A DNA stretch of 64,000 nucleotides from Candidatus Izemoplasmatales bacterium (GTDB lineage Bacteria > Bacillota_I > Bacilli_A > Izemoplasmatales > Hujiaoplasmataceae): positions 256,001-320,000 of the forward strand of contig JBMNEZ010000001.1 of assembly GCA_050949045.1 (NCBI GenBank). Direction: 5' to 3'. The notes beneath the pieces were generated by a model. It was given only the letters and a program-made list of their open reading frames with translations. It had not been told where the DNA came from and did no database searches. A program made the translations under genes and the position numbers. Every line of letters starts with the position of its first letter. Positions within the stretch are counted from its first letter, which is position 1. Shown piece by piece: positions 60,240-64,000 of the stretch.

Positions 60240-60752
60240 TTATTGAAGTGTCTTATTTTTCGACTGTTTGTCCCTGAACCGTTTCCGGCAGGCTTCAATC
60301 AGTTTCATGGCAGCGGTTTTCGGATAATAGTCCAAAACCTCGACCTGGTGTTCAGGCATGAGTTCTTTATAGTTTCTAAAAAACAGTTTGATTTCCCTGA
60401 GCTGCAACTCCTTGATGTCGGTGATCTCATTGATGTCGTCGAATCTCGGGTCGGCATCCACGACAGCGATTATTTTCTGGTCGCGCTCGCCCAAATCGAT
60501 CATGTCCAAATAACCGACGACGCGGGCATCGACGACACAGCCGGCGAAGGTTTGCGTCGTCGCAAGTACGAGGATATCAAGCGGATCGCCATCTTCAGCG
60601 ATAGTATCCTCGATATAACCGTATTCCGCGGGATAGGTCATTTTTGAGTAAAGCACACGGTTTAGTTTGATGCGGTTTTTGGCCTTGTCGATTTCGTATT
60701 TGTTCTGTGTCCCCATCGGGATCTCGATGATTGCTTCGATGACATTTTCCAT
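60240..60752 (-). CDS. ppa: Family I inorganic pyrophosphatase
   Basis: NKYE, YPAEYG, DGDPLD, FFRNYKEL. Confidence 0.93.
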   Translation of the reverse strand: MENVIEAIIEIPMGTQNKYEIDKAKNRIKLNRVLYSKMTYPAEYGYIEDTIAEDGDPLDILVLATTQTFAGCVVDARVVGYLDMIDLGERDQKIIAVVDADPRFDDINEITDIKELQLREIKLFFRNYKELMPEHQVEVLDYYPKTAAMKLIEACRKRFRDKQSKNKTLQ

Positions 60753-60848
60753 CTGTTTTGTTTTCCTCCCTTGCAATGGCAGATTTTTACTGATACTGCT
60801 TGAAACAGAAAAAAATATGATAAAATATATTTATTAGAGGTGCATACG

Positions 60849-61265
60849 ATGTATAACTTAGTTTTCCTCAGTCTGAGTAATCTTAACTCAATCAGACCAG
60901 TTTTTGTCGCTATGGAGATGACCTATTTGTGGGTGGCGTTAGGCATTGCCATTTTTATCGGCGTCTACTTGGCTTACCGGCTGCTTTTCTCAAAGAAAGC
61001 CCGTTTGCCGGAGCTGACTCAAGAAGAAACCGATGCCTATCTCGCTACGCTTGGTGGCATAGACAACATCAAATCGGTTCAACTCGACGGGTCCCGGCTC
61101 CGGTTTGAAGTGAGAAATCTCAAACTATGCGACTATCAAGGGTTAAAAAATCTTGGAGCGGCCGGCATCTTTGTTTCAGGCCAACAGGTCAAATTCATGT
61201 TAAAGGATAAAGCTCAGGCCCTCAAAACTGGGATTGATTCCATAAAGGATAGTGATAGACGATGA
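60849..61265 (+). CDS. Membrane-anchored PTS EIIB-like protein lacking the catalytic Cys
   Basis: One TM helix, then LGGIDNIKSVQLDGSRLRF. Confidence 0.75.
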   Translation: MYNLVFLSLSNLNSIRPVFVAMEMTYLWVALGIAIFIGVYLAYRLLFSKKARLPELTQEETDAYLATLGGIDNIKSVQLDGSRLRFEVRNLKLCDYQGLKNLGAAGIFVSGQQVKFMLKDKAQALKTGIDSIKDSDRR

Positions 61266-61528
61266 TCGAGTATAAGTATAGGATCATTTACCGGAACGGT
61301 TTGCATGCCCGCCCAGCGACGACACTTGTCAGCAAGGCCAACAGTTTTGCATCGGAGATAGTCATTGAATACGACTACCGGCGGGTGAATCTAAAATCAA
61401 TCATGGGTGTTCTTTCGCTCGGGATTCCCTGTAACAAATCATTCAAGATTATTTTCAAAGGCCCCGACGAGGAAGAAGCTTTCAAGGCAATCTCAAAGGT
61501 ACTGGCCGACATCAATGCTCTGCCTTGA
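61262..61528 (+). CDS. ptsH: Phosphocarrier protein HPr
   Basis: GLHARPA (His15), NLKSIMGVLSLG (Ser46). Confidence 0.9.
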   Translation: MIEYKYRIIYRNGLHARPATTLVSKANSFASEIVIEYDYRRVNLKSIMGVLSLGIPCNKSFKIIFKGPDEEEAFKAISKVLADINALP

Positions 61529-61558
61529 CATCTTTGATTTGAACCATCAAGTGATGGT

Positions 61559-62557
61559 TCATTTTTTTCTTCCGAGCCCGATTCTCTGTTTACATTTCTC
61601 GACTTTGCGGCTGGCGATCAGGCTTGCGGAGCCCTTTCCTTGATCGAGAAGAAAATCCAGTTCTTGTGAGCCAAAGACGTCATAGAAGCGTGTCTGGATA
61701 GGGATAATGGTGCCGGCGACGATATCCGCCAAATCTTCTTTGAACCCCTGATAGCCCTTGCCTACGTATCTGGCGACGATTTGATCGACGGCTTCGCCGG
61801 TGAGGGCGGAATAGATCGTCAGAAGATTGGCAACGCCCGGTTGCCTGGTGGGATCATAGGCCACGTTTCCGAGGGAATCCGTGACTGCCGAACGGATTTT
61901 TTTCTTAATCACATTCTCTTCATCCAACAGGCTGATGTAACCTTTGTCCGATTCGTCTGACTTGCTCATTTTCTTGTCCGGGTTTTGTAAATCCATGATT
62001 CTCGCGCCGACTTTTGGAATCAAAGGGGCGGGAACCTTGAAAAATTCGCCGTAGCGATTGTTAAAACGAACGGCGATATCGCGGGTCAACTCGAGGTGCT
62101 GTTTCTGGTCTTCTCCGACCGGAACGTAGTCGGCGTCGTAGAGCAGGATATCGGCCGCCATCAAAGCGGGGTAGGTAAAGAGCGAAGCGGTGATCCCGGC
62201 AGTCTGTTTCTTGCTTTTGTCCTTGAACTGCGTCATCCGCTCGAGTTCTCCCATGTAGGTATGGCATTGCAAAAGATAGCCGAGTTCGGCATGCTCTTTG
62301 ATCTCGGACTGGATGAACAGGGTCGTCCGGTCCAGATCAATCCCGCTTGCGACATACATCGCTGCGACTTGGCGAATCTTTTTCCGCAAAATTTTGGGAT
62401 CCTGTTCGACCGTGATGGCGTGAAGATCGGCCACAAACAGAAAAAACTCGGCATCGGCGTGGCCCTTTTGCAGTTCGACGAACTGTTTGATAGCGCCGAT
62501 GTAGTTGCCAAGCGTCAGTGTTCCCGATGGTTGGATGCCTGAGAGTATTCTAGTCAT
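61559..62557 (-). CDS. trpS: Tryptophanyl-tRNA synthetase
   Basis: SGIQPSG, TLGN, VPVGEDQKQH, KMSKS. Confidence 0.97.
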   Translation of the reverse strand: MTRILSGIQPSGTLTLGNYIGAIKQFVELQKGHADAEFFLFVADLHAITVEQDPKILRKKIRQVAAMYVASGIDLDRTTLFIQSEIKEHAELGYLLQCHTYMGELERMTQFKDKSKKQTAGITASLFTYPALMAADILLYDADYVPVGEDQKQHLELTRDIAVRFNNRYGEFFKVPAPLIPKVGARIMDLQNPDKKMSKSDESDKGYISLLDEENVIKKKIRSAVTDSLGNVAYDPTRQPGVANLLTIYSALTGEAVDQIVARYVGKGYQGFKEDLADIVAGTIIPIQTRFYDVFGSQELDFLLDQGKGSASLIASRKVEKCKQRIGLGRKK

Positions 62558-62571
62558 GTTTTTCTCCTTTA

Positions 62572-62772
62572 AACAAAAATCGCCCTGTAAAAAGGACGAT
62601 TGATCGCGGTGCCACCTTTGTTCCGGAATGATCCGGCTCTCAACCCCTTAACGCGGGGAACGGATGCGATTAACATCACTCATTGGTCCATTCGGCCCCG
62701 GTCAGTTCTTGTTCACACCAGCCACAAGATCGCTTTGAAAGACGATGGGGATTACTATTCCAAGTCAACGTT
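62572..62772 (-). ncRNA. T-box riboswitch (Trp) leader of trpS
   Basis: Minus strand has AGTA box, GCTGGTGTGAA, specifier GAA-TGG, AAAGGTGGCACCGCG, and terminator aatcgtcct...agggcgatt-T; promoter TTGCTT/TACAAT upstream. Confidence 0.92.
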
Positions 62773-62866
62773 TTCTTTATTGTATCACGGGTTATTGGAG
62801 AAAGCAACTGCATTTTGGCTAATGAAAATAGCAACTTTTATTCATAAAATGCGGATTATAGTGGAA

Positions 62867-64000
62867 CTATTGTTTCAAAACCGTCTCCAACTGGTCGACT
62901 AGTTCTTGCATTCGTTTGACGACGGCAACGAAAGGTTCCTCGTTGGTGAGGTCGACGCCGGCTTTGATCAGTTGGTTGACGGGGAAGTCGCTGCCGCCGG
63001 AACCAAGCAAGCCCTGATAGCGGTCAAAGGCTCCCGGGATGTTGTTTTTGACGTCTTCGTACAATTTGAGAGACGCCGCGAAACTAGTGGAATACTGATA
63101 AACGTAATACGGGGTGTAGAAGAAATGGGGGATATATGCCCAGACGTATTGTTTGAAGACTTCCTTGGTGATGTCGATATCGTAGAACTCCAAGTAGAGG
63201 TCGATCATGATCTTGGAGAGGCTGTCGGCGGTGACCGGCTGGCCGGTTTCGATCAGCTTGTGGGCTTCGAGTTCGTAGATGGCAAAGAGGGTCTGCCGGT
63301 AGAAGGTAGCCATGATATCATCGATCGCCCGCTGCAAGAGCATGATTTTTTCTTCTTTTGAGGCTTTGCTTTCCTTGATGAAATAGTCGAGCAGATTGTG
63401 CTCGTTGAAAGTCGAGGCGACCTCAGCGACGAAAATCGTATAGTCTTGAAGAACCGCAGGTTGGTTTTCAAGGGCATAGAGGGAGTGCATCGAGTGTCCG
63501 GCTTCGTGGGCGAGAGTGAAGACGTCGGCGAGTGTTTTCGAATAGTTTAAAAGGATAAACGGATGGAGATCGGGCATCGAAGAAGAGTAGGCGCCGGTGC
63601 GTTTGCCGGGAGCTTCATAGACATCGACAAAACCGTCCTTAGTCGCGCTTCTTGCTTTTTTCTGGAATGATTCGGGGAAGTTTTTGATCGAAGAGTAGAA
63701 CAAATCTTTGGCGTCGGCGTACTCGTATTCGCGGTCCGAGCGCGCAAGTTCGAGAAAACGGTCGTAGGTGTGGAGTTCTTGAAGCTTTAGTGCTTCCTTA
63801 CGCAATTTCAGATATTTTTTGATCGGCGCGGTGTTTTTTCTCGCGACATTCGCCAGATTATGATAGACCGAAGTCGGGATTTGATTTTCGAACAAATAGC
63901 TTTCCAGACAGGACCCATAATTTCGGGCTTTCATCAGCGAGTAGTCGGCCTCGAGCACAGTTTTATAGATGTTGGCGTAAGTGTGCTTATGCACTTCGTA
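62867..64000 (-). CDS. pepF: Oligoendopeptidase F, C-terminal part (5' end outside window)
   Basis: GKRTGAYS, TLAHEAGH, AEVASTFNE, IPHFF, YYVYQY. Confidence 0.93.
   Translation of the reverse strand, partial: YEVHKHTYANIYKTVLEADYSLMKARNYGSCLESYLFENQIPTSVYHNLANVARKNTAPIKKYLKLRKEALKLQELHTYDRFLELARSDREYEYADAKDLFYSSIKNFPESFQKKARSATKDGFVDVYEAPGKRTGAYSSSMPDLHPFILLNYSKTLADVFTLAHEAGHSMHSLYALENQPAVLQDYTIFVAEVASTFNEHNLLDYFIKESKASKEEKIMLLQRAIDDIMATFYRQTLFAIYELEAHKLIETGQPVTADSLSKIMIDLYLEFYDIDITKEVFKQYVWAYIPHFFYTPYYVYQYSTSFAASLKLYEDVKNNIPGAFDRYQGLLGSGGSDFPVNQLIKAGVDLTNEEPFVAVVKRMQELVDQLETVLKQ

Noticed and set aside
39769..63747. Numerous antisense and alternate-frame ORFs over housekeeping genes
   Set aside because: They overlap well-supported genes and show no recognisable motifs
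1..64000. Genetic code 4 (TGA = Trp)
   Set aside because: Conserved genes such as nth, rpmF, rsmH, galE and proS end at TGA and use TGG for Trp

Overview
A 64-kb chromosomal window from a low-GC Bacillota-derived bacterium using genetic code 11 (TGA = stop). The Thr-linker lipoproteins and gene content suggest an Izemoplasmatales/Acholeplasmatales-like organism, which is an inference. Housekeeping blocks are dnaD-nth, yceD-rpmF-rsmH-tRNA-Gly/Ser/Pro, and from about 39.6 kb mscS, aspS, a ZIP transporter, RluA, galM-galE-galT, proS, a two-subunit fumarate hydratase, DegV, MarR plus a heterodimeric ABC exporter, rimO, DUF368, two amidohydrolases, ppa, EIIB-HPr, T-box-trpS and pepF. Two visibly AT-richer accessory regions interrupt them. 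The first (about 2.3-5.4 kb) holds an AAA/DUF4143 ATPase and pseudogenes downstream of an RRNPP-like regulator. The second (about 32 kb) starts at tRNA-Pro. It contains an att-flanked islet encoding an RCC1/InlB-B-repeat lipoprotein, a deleted IS1182, an HTH-Fic gene with paired operators, a GH43, and a LacI-controlled glycan-utilisation locus. That locus is the strongest candidate for an undescribed system. It has two GxGYxYP proteins, a GH38 homologue with Thr in place of the catalytic Asp, a HAD phosphatase, an ABC importer, and surface lipoproteins built from unrecognised modules, one of which occurs as nine near-identical mosaic 471/474-nt units shared by two adjacent genes.
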